Shown here: one piece after another, positions 33,389 to 46,452 of the stretch
Layout: the number at the start of each line of letters is the position of its first letter
Position numbering within the stretch: position 1 is the first letter of the stretch
From: the human T2T-CHM13v2.0 reference genome, Homo sapiens
Direction: 5' to 3' (one strand)
Length of the DNA stretch: 64,000 bases
Assembly: GCF_009914755.1 (NCBI RefSeq)
Contig: NC_060935.1
Notes under the pieces: model-generated
The model's database searches: none
The model's input: only the letters and a program-made list of their open reading frames with translations
What the model was told of the DNA's origin: nothing
Program-made: the position numbers and the translations under genes

Positions 33389-34168
33389 TGTGAAACAATA
33401 AGAAATACATATATGTATATACTGGTCTCTGACCCTGGTTCCTGACACGGAGCTCCTAAAACCCTTGTAATTTCTGAAGTGAAAGGGTACTAGGAGCATC
33501 TTTGTTCTAATAAAATGACTCTCGGTGGGCTCTTAGATGGGGGCTGTTCTCGAGGAAGACCAAGCCATGATTAGAAGCTTGGAACTTCTGGAGATTGAGT
33601 TAATAATGAATCATGCCTACATGATGAAGCCTCCATAAAAGTCCCTGAAGTACAGGGTTTGGAGAACTTCTGGGTGGGTGAACACATCCGCGTGATGGGA
33701 GGGTGGTGCACCCCAACTCCACAGGGACAGAAGTTCCTATGCCTGTTCTGCTTTCGGACCTTGCCCTATGTACCTCTTCCTCTGGCTGTCCATCTGTATC
33801 CTTATCATATCCTTTATTATATAATAAACTGGTAAACGTAAGTGTTTCCATGAGTTCTATGAGTCATCGTAGCAAATTATCAAACTTGGGGAGGGGGTTG
33901 TGACAGCCCTCAATTTGGTAACCTGGGGATCTACTCCTTGTACTTGGTGTCTGAAGTTGGGGGCAGTCCTGTGGCACTGAGCCCTTAACCTGTGGGGTCT
34001 GCCGTAACTCAGGAAAGTTAGTGTCAGAATTGAGTTAAATTATAGGATACCCAGTTGGTGCCTACAGAGAATTGGAGAATTGGTTGGTATGGGAAAAGCT
34101 CATACACATTTAGTGGCCAGAAACATTATGAGAGTATAGAGAAGAAACGTTTTTTTCCCCCTATGCAA
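33389..34168. mobile_element. MER21-family LTR
   Basis: ggttcctgacacggagctcctaaaacccttg...gtgtcagaattgagttaaattatagga; flanking aatac duplication. Confidence 0.8.
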
Positions 34169-34867
34169 AATACCATCAGCAACGTTTGAGGGTGCCTGTT
34201 TACCCAAACTCTTATCAACATTGTTTTCAAACTTTTTGACCATAACATTCTAGGTGGTAAACAGCTTATATTGCCTATTGTTTTATTCACATTACTTTTA
34301 TTATTGATTTTTAAGTTCTTGTTTACTATTATTTTATTTCTGGAAGTTGTCTTGGAATTTTAAAATATAGCTTTTATAACTAAGGTATAGCACTGATAAG
34401 AAATGATAATTTTGTCTTCTTGCCACGTCTAGTTTTTGTTTTATTCCTTCATTTATTGCATTGACCTTAACTTCTAGAACAATATTAAGTAATAATAATA
34501 ACATTGATCTTTTTGTTTGGTTACTGATTTTAATGAAACAATCTGTAGTATTTCAATTTTAAGTAAGATATTGCCACCATTCATTATGTTAAGGGATTTT
34601 TCTGCTCTCCCTAAAAATTTGAAAGTTAAAAAAAACCCACCAGAAATGGATGTGCAACTTTATCAAGTGCTTTTCAGAATATAGGTTTGGGTGATTTATT
34701 TTCTTAAGGATGAACTGTATAATTTTAATACATTTCCTAATGTCAAACCATCCTTACGTTGTTAAACCCTCCTTGACTATCATGGATGATTTTTTGATGT
34801 GCTTCAATTAAATTTGCTAATTTTTTTCCAGATGTTTTTCTGTCCCCATTCAAAAGTGAGACTGGTC

Positions 34868-34870
<3 letters not shown>

Positions 34871-34922
<52 letters not shown>
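34871..34922. repeat. (GT)26 microsatellite
   Basis: Seen directly. Confidence 0.97.
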
Positions 34923-34928
<6 letters not shown>

Positions 34929-35934
34929 TGTTCTTGACAGGTTTTGTTATCAGGGTTATGATAACCTCATAAAATGAACTGGGCAGCTTTTCTTCTTTGC
35001 TTTTTTGCCCAAATTCTTCTCTGCTCTCCTGGCCTGGGGAGAACAAGGCTGGCCTGTGTTCAGACCTGCTCCAGGACCTCTCGTGACCTCCAGCATGTTC
35101 CCAGCTCTCTTCTTGACTCTTAGTGGTGTTGTCTCTGGCATCTCTCTGCTTCTCCTCCGGTCTGGCTTCCCAATGTGATCCCCTAACATCTATGGCTCAA
35201 CCTGAACTGGCCTCTGTGTGAACTCAAGGGAGGGGATTTCCTTGGCAGATGGAGGTTCTCCATGTGCCCCCCATCCCCCCACTTCCTCCAAGAGCTCTCC
35301 CAGCTGTGATCTTTAGCTCCTCCTTGCGCTTCTGCCTCTAGCTCTCTGCTGCCCTCTAGCCACAACATCTGTCCTTGTCGTGGCTTTCCGCAGGCAGAGG
35401 CATTGAGAATGGAACTCTGTTCAACAGATCCAGTTGAACTCTGTTCAACAGATGTCTCGAAGCCCTTGGAAGTTCTCCAAAGTGACTGGTTTGAAGGGGG
35501 TGCTGCAATGAGGCAATGGGTTGTTTTGGCTGCCTCTGAAGAAAAGGGGTGCCAGAATAGACCCAAAGCCTGGACTCTGCCCTCAGTGGGGAACATGAAT
35601 TACATTGCTGCCAAAGGACAACTCTGAGAAGGCCTGGTGCCGCTGGGCAGGGCAGCTCTGCAAAGTCCGGAGTAGGGAAGGGATCATATTCAGTATGGAC
35701 CTTTGCTCAGCATGCTTCTTTCCTGTCCTTCCCTGCTAACTGAGACAACGTGTATGTCCAGCCTTTCTGTTCAGCTGTCAACTGTGAATGACACCCGATA
35801 GTGACTCTTGAGCTATGCTTGGAATTGTCTGGCTTTAGGCTGACACCTTCCTTGCCATCCCCCTGATGCCATCTAAGGCCACGGCCATGGAGAGGGACTT
35901 TTGTAAGTATGCTGTTCATCACCATTTAATATCA

Positions 35935-36154
35935 TCTAGTGGTTCTAGAATCAGGCAGATTTGGGTTTGAATTCTGGGCATGCCACTTACTAGCTCTGTG
36001 ATTTTAGGCAAGTAACTCAGCATCTCTGAGCCAAGTTTTCTCGTCTTTAAAACAGAAAAATAATAGATATACTTGTTAAGCTGGTGTGAGATAACAATGC
36101 ATATAAAGCACTTGGCCTAATGCTCAACCTAGTAAATATTCTATAGATGTTAGT
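35935..36154 (+). mobile_element. MIR
   Basis: tgggtttgaattctgg...ccacttactagctctgtgattttaggcaagt core. Confidence 0.85.
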
Positions 36155-36516
36155 TGATATGGTTTTGCTGTGTCCCCACCCAAATCTCATCTTGAATTGT
36201 AGTTTCCATAATCCCCACGTGTCGTGGGAGGAACCTGGTGGGAGGTACTTGAATCATGGGGGCAGGTTTTTTCTGTGCTATTCTCGTGATAGTGAATAAG
36301 TCTCATGAGATCTGATGGTTTTATGAAGAGCAGTTCCCCTGCACACGCTCTCTTGCCTGCCGCCATGTAAGATGTGACTTTGTTCCTCCTTCACCTTCTG
36401 CCGTGATTGTGAGGGCCCTTCCCTGCCGTGTGGAACTGTGAGTCCATTAAATCTCTTTTTCTTTTAAATTACCCAGTCTCAGGTACTTCTTCATAGCAGT
36501 ATGAAAATGGACTAAT
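36155..36516 (+). mobile_element. THE1 (THE1C-like) solo LTR
   Basis: tgatatggttttgctgtgtccccacccaaatctcatcttgaattgtag...aaatggactaat. Confidence 0.9.
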
Positions 36517-36981
36517 TGGTTAAGATTATTCTTTATCCTGATTGTTCTGTATCTCTCTTGAGAATCAGTGTAACCTCTTCACTGATATTCAAGGCTCTCT
36601 TGAGGTTGGGGTCAGTTTATGAGCTGTCTTTCCAGTCTTATCTCCACTACTCTGTTACACATACTATATTAGTCAGCTAAATTTTCATCTCTTTGCCTTT
36701 GTATATGCTGTTCTCTCTGCACTCAGAGTAACCTCCTCAGCATCCTTGACTGAGAATCTTCCCAACTGTCGAGGCCCAAGTTAAAATATGACCTACCCCA
36801 TGAAGAGTTCCTGGCTGCCCCTTGAGAGGTTTTTCTCTGCCTCCTGTAGCAGCACAGCCATTGTAACTATTTTCAGTCAAGAACTGGATGAGATTGTCCC
36901 CTGAGAATGAATTTAATGTCAAAGTTTGTCCTAAGTTTTTGTGGACATCCCCCCAACCTCACCCCAATAGTTGATTTCTGA

Positions 36982-37325
<344 letters not shown>

Positions 37326-38249
37326 AGCTCCAGCATTTCTATGTTGGAGGGGTTAGGAGGCATTGCAGTGGAAGGGGAAGCTAGAAGTCTTGTATGGAAA
37401 ACACACTGATTTCACTTACATTGTATACTTTTTAGGGATGGCTTAGGGGATGGGGGTAAGAGGTTGGGGTCAGGTGGCATTGGCCCTGCTGATGAACCAT
37501 GGATATTCCTAATCTGTGAGTGAGCCAATGGAGTCCTTAAGAATGGCCGATAACTAAATCAGCTCTAACCTAAGCAGTTGTTGGATGTGAGACTATGAAC
37601 AAAAGTGTGAGGTCACATGGAGTCTGCAGAGAGACAAGCCAGGCCGCTACCATGCGTTGCCTTATAGCCACCTCCAGATCTTTCTCTGAAAAGCCTGCTA
37701 GGGAGATGAGATATTTGGCCTGGTTGGGTAGGCTGGGCCAGCTAGTATGGGTGAAAACTTGAGATTCTTAGGAGTTGAGCTTCTGGTCAAAAGAGAGAGA
37801 ATGGGTTTAGGCAAGAAAGGGCTTTACTTCTCCAGGGACCTCTCAGGTTGATGGGAGCTTGGCCCAGCTCTATCTACCAAGAACCACGGTCAGGTGGTCA
37901 GATTAGGGCTAGAGGTATACCCATCTCTGGGAAGTGAGTTGAGGGCTGCCCCCACGGATCCCATGACTTGGGCCTTACTTTGAAACCTGTGACCTGGTGT
38001 CTGGGCATCCTCCCGCTGGATCAATGGGCTGGGTGAGGGAGGAAAACAGTGTAAGGTGAGGGTCAGGGAATGACCCAGGCCTGAAACAGAGTCCCCAAGA
38101 GATGCTTGCTCCTTTGGCCTGTTGTGTGAGGCAGCAAAGGATGAGCTGAGCCCAAGGTGGGGGCAGGGTCACAGGCAGAGGACCTTCTAGAGCACAGCTC
38201 TGGAAAAGCCTCGTTTGCGAGACTCCAGTCTAGTCCCCAGTACCCAGCC

Positions 38250-38620
38250 CTAGTCCCTTCCCTACCTTTCTCTCTGAGAAGTTTATTCTTCTCTTAGACC
38301 TGGAGGAGTCATGAGTGCTTTTGCCAAATATTTCGTTTTCCCCTCTTCCAGGAACATGATAGGATTGCACTTTTTGGCTCCTTGGTGACCCTTTGTGGCC
38401 AAAGGGTTGTGAATGGAAGAGGTGTGAATCATTTCTGGGCCAGAGCATTTCATTGCCAATACAAGACCCTCCAGAGTGCTCTTTCCACCCACATGCAGGT
38501 GATATTCAAATGATGGCTGCTTTATCAGCCTGGGCTCCCAGGTGAGATGCGGAGTGAACTCCCAACCATGGACAGGTAGCACAAGAGGGAAATGCACCTC
38601 TGCTGTTATAAAGTACTGAC
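38250..38620 (+). mobile_element. MLT1J-like LTR
   Basis: tctgggccagagcattt...gatggctgctttatcagcctgggctccca. Confidence 0.6.
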
Positions 38621-38933
38621 CTCTGTCAGTCTACCCCCCTGAGGATCGAGGTCTTCTGTCTATTTTCAGTTTTACTGTCCTACAGTATTGCTTTTTTCTC
38701 TTTTTTTTTTTCCTTCAAAGCTCTGTGCCCTTTGATTTACTTCCGTCCTCTTATTTTCTGCTCTTTCTTTTCCAGGTTCTTGTCTTTTACACACATATCC
38801 TTGGGTGCCAGTGCTACTTTGCCATTGCTTAGTTCTATCCTCAGGGCTTCTAAACTCCCCTCTTTGACTGTGAAGAAAGATGGGCTCCTTTCAGGCAAGA
38901 TTGTAGAGGCTGGAGCTGGAGAGGGCAGAGGGC

Positions 38934-39345
38934 ATGTGGTGGCAGCTACCAATGCAGCTCCCAGTGATCTCCACCTCCTGGTATTCACACTTTTGGGTAG
39001 TCCCCTCCCACCTGGTACTAGTGTAAGTCTGTGTGATCAGTAGACTATGGCAAAGTGATGGTATGTGACTTCCAAAGTTAGGTTATAAATGATTGTAGTT
39101 TCTGTCTCAGTCACCCTGTCTTGGATAATTTGCTCTGGAGAAGCCATGTCATAAGCTATGGAGAGGCCCATGTGGCAAAGAACTAAAGCCTCCTGCCAAT
39201 TGAGCTTCAGATGCCTGCAGCCCTGGCAACCCTGGGAGAGGCCCTGAACTAGAAACATCCTGCTAAGCCACTCCCAGGTTCCTGACCTCATAACAAAAGC
39301 TACAAAGTGTGGAATCATTAATTAAGCAGCAATAAATAACTAATA
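38934..39345 (+). mobile_element. MLT1F/G-like LTR
   Basis: ctcccagtgatctccacctcctggtattcac...gcagcaataaataactaatac. Confidence 0.75.
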
Positions 39346-40228
39346 CGGGGCAGGTATTTGGGAGATTGTGTTTGGAATGTCAAAGCCCAGTAGAATAACA
39401 ATTCTAGATCTCTGCTTAGTATAGGTTGTGTCCCTTGATCTGGGACAGATTTGGCCACCATGGCTGGTGACCTGAAGGGTCAGGTTTCCCATAAGTCTTT
39501 GTGTATGGTTGCTGAGGGCACTCAACCCAGGGGAGGAGGGGGTAGGAAATACTAATAGAGATTGTTTTCTATCCCTTAGAAATCTCTCTTGATCCAGTCT
39601 CAAAAGACTCACTCAAGCCTGTCTTGTGCTAAACAGGGAGTTCTAAGTAAAAACTCAAGCCATTTTACAAATAATGCAAAACATCGATGTACCATCCACA
39701 GTTCTTTAGGATACTTTTTCTGGGTGTGACACACAGGGAGAGAGCCTACATGACACCGAGAAGGTTCCACACATCTCTGGTGGTGCTGAGTGCAAAGAGC
39801 AGTATCTGAAACTAGGACCCTGTGGGGCAGTAGATGCCCCAGAGAGAGATTTGCTCATGGGCAAAGAGAACTCCTGTGAGACACATTCCACAAAAGTGAA
39901 AGCCTAAGTTATTAAAGGAGAACATTAGTTGGTGAAATTAGATCTCTTATTGTTAAAGAATCTTCACTCATGCTTGCAGGCTTGCAGGGATTGGGAAAAT
40001 TTGGGGTCCAATAATAACAAGAAATATTATTTATCTACTTATTAAGCACTTACCATGGGGGTAGGGAGATTGGGAGATGTTGCTCAAAGGAATAAGATTA
40101 GACAGAGAGAACAAATTCAATAGATCTATTGAACAACCATGTGACTGTAGTTAATGATGATGTATCATATACTTGAAAATTGCTAAGAGTAGATTTTAAA
40201 TGTTCTCACGAGAAAAAAATGATAAGTA

Positions 40229-41511
40229 TGAGACTTCAAAAAGTTCATGGAAAAATGGAACTAAAAAATTAAAATACAAAATATAAACTTGATTTCTCAC
40301 TATAAGCTCCATCAAGATCAAGACCCTGTTGTAATTGATGACAGCACGATTTAGTCCATTTCTGAAGAACCGAGGGGTCCTGGGAACTTAGCCATGTCAA
40401 TTCAGTCTTTTTTACATTATTAGCTGAAGAAAATGAGTGCCTTTTAAAGACTTTTTAAGAGTAGGAAACAAACAAGAAGTCAGAAAGAGCCAAATCAGGA
40501 TGCTTAATGATTTCCCACCAAAACACTGTCAAAATTGCCCTTGTTTGATGAGAGGAATGAGTAGGAGCATTGTCGTGGTGGAGAAGGACTCTATGGTGAA
40601 GATTTCCCGGACATTTTTCTACTAAAGTTTTGACTAACTTTCTCAAAACACTTTCATACTTAGCAGATGTTATCATTCTTTGGCCCTCCAGAATGTCAAC
40701 AAGCAAAATGCCCTGAGCAGCCCAAAAAATTGTTGCCACGACCTTTGCTTTTGACCTGTCCACTTTTGCTGTGAGTAGACCACTGCCACCCCTTGGTAGC
40801 CATTGCTTTGATTGTGCTTTGTCTTTAGGATCATACTGGTGAAGCCACCCCCTCATCTCCCGTTACGATTCTTCAAAGAAATGCTTCAGGGCCTTGATCC
40901 TACTTATTTAAACTTTCAATGGAAAGCTCTGCTCTTGTCTGTAGCTGATCTGGGTGCAATGGTTTTGGCATCTATTGAGCAGAAAGTTTGCTCAACTTTA
41001 ATTTTTCAGCCAGAATTGTGTAAGCAGAACCAATTGAGATGTCTATGGTGTTAGTTATTTTTTTGTGCTGGTAATTGTCAGTCCTCTTCAATTAGGGCAC
41101 AAATGGGATGATTTTTTTCCTCACAAGTTGATGTGGATGGTCGGTCACTGCAGGCTTCATCTTCAACATTGTCTCATCCTTTCTTAAAAAGAGGTATCTG
41201 TTTGCAAACTGCTGATTTCTTTGGGGCTTTGTCCCTATAAACTTTTGTAAAGCATCAGTGATTTTATCATTCTTCCACCCAAGCTTCACCATAAATCTGA
41301 TGTTTGTTCTTCAATTTTAGTAGAATTCATGTTGGTCTGATAGAGGCTCTTTTCAAACTCATGTCTTATCCTCCTTAGTGCCTCAAACTAGATTCTGTTC
41401 AACATATTATAACAAGTTAGTATGAGTTTATGTTGGTGCAGAAAAAATTTTAAATCCATGCATAGTTTTCTCATAAGACACATTTTTCATAAACTTTGTG
41501 AAGTCTCTTTG
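40229..41511 (-). mobile_element. Hsmar2 (HSMAR2) mariner DNA transposon, near full length (1283 bp)
   Basis: TIR remnants cttcaaaaagttcatggaaaa / ttttcataaactttgtgaag; TA TSD at 40227-40228 and 41512-41513. Confidence 0.93.
40290..41330 (-). pseudogene. Hsmar2 transposase, disrupted
   Basis: MNS start, MVKLGWKN, QYDPKDKAQSKQWLPRG, LHHDNAP and DLALSDF motifs; frameshifts, and PYS missing from YSPDLAP. Confidence 0.9.
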
Positions 41512-42281
41512 TATGTGAGATAATGGTTATGTTAATTTTTAGTCATTCCACAATGTAGTCATTATCAAACATCATGTTGTGCATGTTGCACAAATATATA
41601 CACTTTCATTTGTCAATTAAATAGAAGTTCAAAGAGTGGACATATTATGAAGTATAGTATACTGCAAGATAGAAATGAATTTGAAAAATTAAACTTGGGG
41701 GAAAAAGCACTTACCATGTGACTATTTTAAACTATTTACTACTTGAAAACAAACAGTTCATGAACATCATCTTTTTCAAGCTTTGAAATAATCTATAAGG
41801 TGGATATTATTCCCATTTTTCAGATGAGGAACCTGACATTACATAACTTGCTTCTTCCAAGTGCCTCCTCCAAAGGGCAAAGCTGGGGCCACACAGGTGG
41901 GTGCCTACCACCCTTAAAGGCACAGTCATCTGGTGTCCCCATCTGACGCAAACAGTCCAACTCTTGTGTTGTGAACACAAGTAGATCCACTCCTTTTTGA
42001 GACCGATTCCCTGGAAGGGAGCCCATGCCACTGCCTGGCCCAAGACTCTTGGCTGCAGGAAGCTGACCTGCTTTTATCCATGGAGTCAGCAAAATGTGAA
42101 GATAATTTATAATAGCCATTAGCAGAGTGCATTTGAGGTCAAGTATGAACCTCCTGCACTTCAGCTCTACACAGATCTGTGCAGGAGCAAAGAGGAGTCA
42201 AATTTCTGGAAGCAATCTAACCATAACAAATGAAGACTGTGTTGCTTCAAGGCTTTTAGGTAAGTGCTAAAGGGGAGATGG

Positions 42282-42399
42282 AGAACAACAGTGTGAACAT
42301 ACTTAACACTACTGAACTGTACACTTAAGAATGGTTAAGATAGTAAATTTTCCATTGTGCGTGTGTTTTTTTGCCACAATTAAAAATAAAAATAAAAAA
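42282..42399 (+). mobile_element. Short L1MB-type 3' end
   Basis: actactgaactgtacacttaagaatggttaag...ccacaattaaaaa; TSD aaagg(gg)agatgg. Confidence 0.8.
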
Positions 42400-42443
42400 G
42401 GAGATGGTCTCCTTTTTTATTTTTATTTTTAATTGTGGCAAAA
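42369..42443. repeat. Perfect inverted repeat, 36-bp arms, 3-nt loop
   Basis: 42369-42404 is the exact reverse complement of 42408-42443; loop tgg. Confidence 0.97.
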
Positions 42444-42726
42444 GTGATGATCTATAGCCTGCACAGATATAGATCAGATCTATTACTGATAATTCTCCAT
42501 ATTTATCAGTTGGTAAATGGGACCTGTAAAGGAAGTGTGGGTCTGTGTGGGATATAGATCATCAAGATAGAGAAGTGGGGGAGCAGATGCACAGTCAGAT
42601 CAGGCAGAGGTAGACCATAAAAGGCCGTCACAGAAACTCTACCTGTAGCCAGTTTCATTCTGGTGAGGAGGATTGGCAGTTAACCTCAGGCCCCTAGGCC
42701 ATGACTGTACTTTATTCAAAGTCACT

Positions 42727-42942
42727 GTATATGTGTATACATGTATACACACACACACACATATGTGTATATATGCCTATATATACACACATATCTGTAT
42801 ATATGTGTATGTACATGTATATACATAGACCTATATGTACATGCATACAAATGCATATACATGTATATACACATATATGCATGCATGTGTATGTATATGT
42901 ATGTTTATGCATGCATGCATGTTTATCTATATGTATGTATAA
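42727..42942. repeat. (TA/CA/TG)-rich low-complexity tract
   Basis: Seen directly. Confidence 0.9.
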
Positions 42943-45129
42943 TTCACAAACCATATTACATGGTTAATGTCATAGGGGGATTTAGGTCTTTCAAACGATC
43001 CTTTTGTCATCTTTACAAAGTCCTGAATCACAGAAGCTTTTGTTCAGGAGGGAGGTCTGAATGAATGGACCTGCTGGCATTGTAGTCATCATTCCTGGGC
43101 TGAGTGTATGTCCCAGATGAGCTGTCTCCTGTGCCTATCTGTTTGGGCTACATGTTAGACCAGAAGCAGCACACAGAAAGCCAGCAAGGCAGAAACAGCA
43201 CCATGATTCTGATTGTCTAATGGGAAGATCCAGCCTCTCTTCTCTTGACCAGACTTAGCTGCAGGCTCCCTGGGAGATAGGACCCTGACACATCTCTCAG
43301 AGAGAAGCCCTGCCAGTGACAAGGTAAGCGACAAGTCTGGGAACAAGTTTGGAAATCTTGGCTTCTTTTGAAATGAATGAGGCCTTGGATGCTGGGAGTG
43401 GGGCAGTGGGGAGGGAAGCTGTGGCTCTTGTTTTTTGCTCATGGAGAAATGGAAGGCCTTTAGAGAAACAGGTATTGACTTAGAGGTATAAAACTGGAGT
43501 GGCAACTGATTCCCAGAACTTTAGAGCTCTCTCCTCTTTTTCAAGGTTCTGGGATGGTATGTAAGTGTATCCCTTCTGCCTAGCCAGCTTTCCTATCTCT
43601 AGACCGGAGAGGACCCTCTCTCTGACCTTTGACCCTGCCATACCTAGCACAGGACTTAAAAGTGGCTCCTGTTGCATCCCATGGCAAGTGCAGACAGCCC
43701 TATCCTATACCCTTTTCATTCCTCTTAGCTTGGTATACAACAGTCTTTTCCCCTAGTTTATAATCTGTGAGGGCTGACACTATGTCTTGTTCATCCTGGG
43801 AGCTTGCATAGCTTCTCTTTCCCTCCCCTTCTCCACGTGCCTTGCATACAATAGAGGATCCCAGCAACATTTGTTAAAAAACCCATCCCCGGATGCTCCT
43901 CTAGACAGTACTATCTTCTCCTTTTTGCCCTATAAACCAACTGCTGTGGCTTTAAAACTTTGCATTGTTGGCCAAGGGTTCTGAAACTGCAGTTTGTCTT
44001 AATCTGTGGTCTCTGGATTCTTGCTTGATTGCTCTCTTTCTGGAAATCTCCCAGATAAATCACAGCCAGTCATATCCGCACTGCACCTCTCCCCAGGATA
44101 GTCAGCATGAGGGCAGAGGTAGAAGGGCCTTGAGAGAGCATCCAGGAAGCCCTTGTATTACAGATGGGAAAGCAAAACCCCTGAGAAGAGAAGGGATTTG
44201 CCTGAGGTTATGGTTTTGAGTCAGGGCCAGAAATCAGCTTTTCTGTCTCCCAGAGCCCCCAGGGCTCCTAACGCTGGCCTGGTCTTCTTCTTTACACTGG
44301 CTGAGTTTTAAAAAGGCATTTTTTCTGGCCCTCACTTTTCAAGTATCGCATCCAGAGAGGCAGGTTGGTAGCTCAGCCAGCCAAAGGGTGTCTGCTCCAG
44401 GGGAGATCAAGTGTTGAGAACCTGAGAAAAGAGACCTGGTCCAAAGGAGTGGAGACAACAGCCAATGGCCCTCTTGATATTCTCTCCATGCAATGACTTC
44501 TACTGTGAAATTGTCGTTTGACAACAAACCTTGTAAATGAATAGCGTCTCGCTGTAACTCACCCTGAACACGAACTTGGTTAAGTGTTCGTGGCCATCGG
44601 AATTCCCTGCCCACTCCATCTAATTGTCTTCTGGCAGGAGGACTGTTTTTTTTTTTTTTTTGTGGCCTCGTGGTAATGTTTTTCTCATCAGCGGAGGCTG
44701 ACTCCTGCCTGAGCCCTGACCAAGGCCACTGGCCACATGCCGTAGTGAGAACTGGAGAAGAAGATAATAATGCAGCTTTTCAAAGCCCTTTCCCAAGCAC
44801 TGCTTACTTGATCCTCAGTGAAGCCCTGGGTGACAGGCAGGGAAGTCCTTATTAGTCCCTAGCTTATGGAAAACACGACGGCCCAGAGAGAATGAGTGAT
44901 TAACCCAAGGGCACATGGCTTGGTGAGTTATTGAGGTCAAGGAAACAGTCTTCAAATTCCACCTCTGCTACTTACTGTGACTATTTGAGGTTTATAACTC
45001 ACTAGTATGGGACCTTGAATGTTACTTAATCACTCTGCCTCAGTTTCCTCACTTTTAAATTAAGAATATAGTACATCCTTCATTGAGATGTTGGGAGATT
45101 AAATAAGCCAATATATGTAAAGCAGTTAA

Positions 45130-45527
<398 letters not shown>

Positions 45528-45975
45528 TAAAGATCCCTCCAGGGGATCTCTAAGAAGATAGATTTCAAAACTCATAGCATTACAAAAGCCTCAGTGATCA
45601 TCTAGTTTGTCCGCTTATTTGATTTTATTATTATTTTTCTGATCTGACCTTTGAAGATAATCACACAATTATTAGATGCATAGTCATTAGGTGCATAAGG
45701 TCAGTGGTCCACATAAATCATTGACATTATTATTATAATTATGTAGCCAAATACAATTTTTAATATTTCTATTTTTGATATTATTTGGAATCTATAAATA
45801 TAGACATCCATGTTATCACATTTCTCCATAACATGCACCATTTCATCTTGATCACATGCACTGACAATGACTCATATTAAGAGGTAAAAATAGAAAAAAA
45901 AGAACAGTACTACTCATAATATTTGGGAAGTGGGGGAAGGGAGGAAGGGGAAGTGTAAGAATGGTAATTTCCTTA

Positions 45976-46452
<477 letters not shown>

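Larger units (their letters stand above)
32500..35000 (-). mobile_element. Old L1M fragments, antisense, split by MER21
   Basis: ttgccaaattgctctcca; gttttgttatcagggttatgataacctcataaaatgaactggg. Confidence 0.65.
40060..41620 (+). mobile_element. L1MA-type 3' end split by Hsmar2
   Basis: gaaaattgctaagagtagattttaaatgttctcac...gataagta | tgtgagataatggttatgttaatt continuity across the transposon. Confidence 0.8.

Noticed and set aside
42701-43064. ORFs with repetitive Y/I/C/M/H content
   Set aside because: Low-complexity dinucleotide tract
45925-45950. Canonical G-quadruplex motif
   Set aside because: Single common motif with no supporting context
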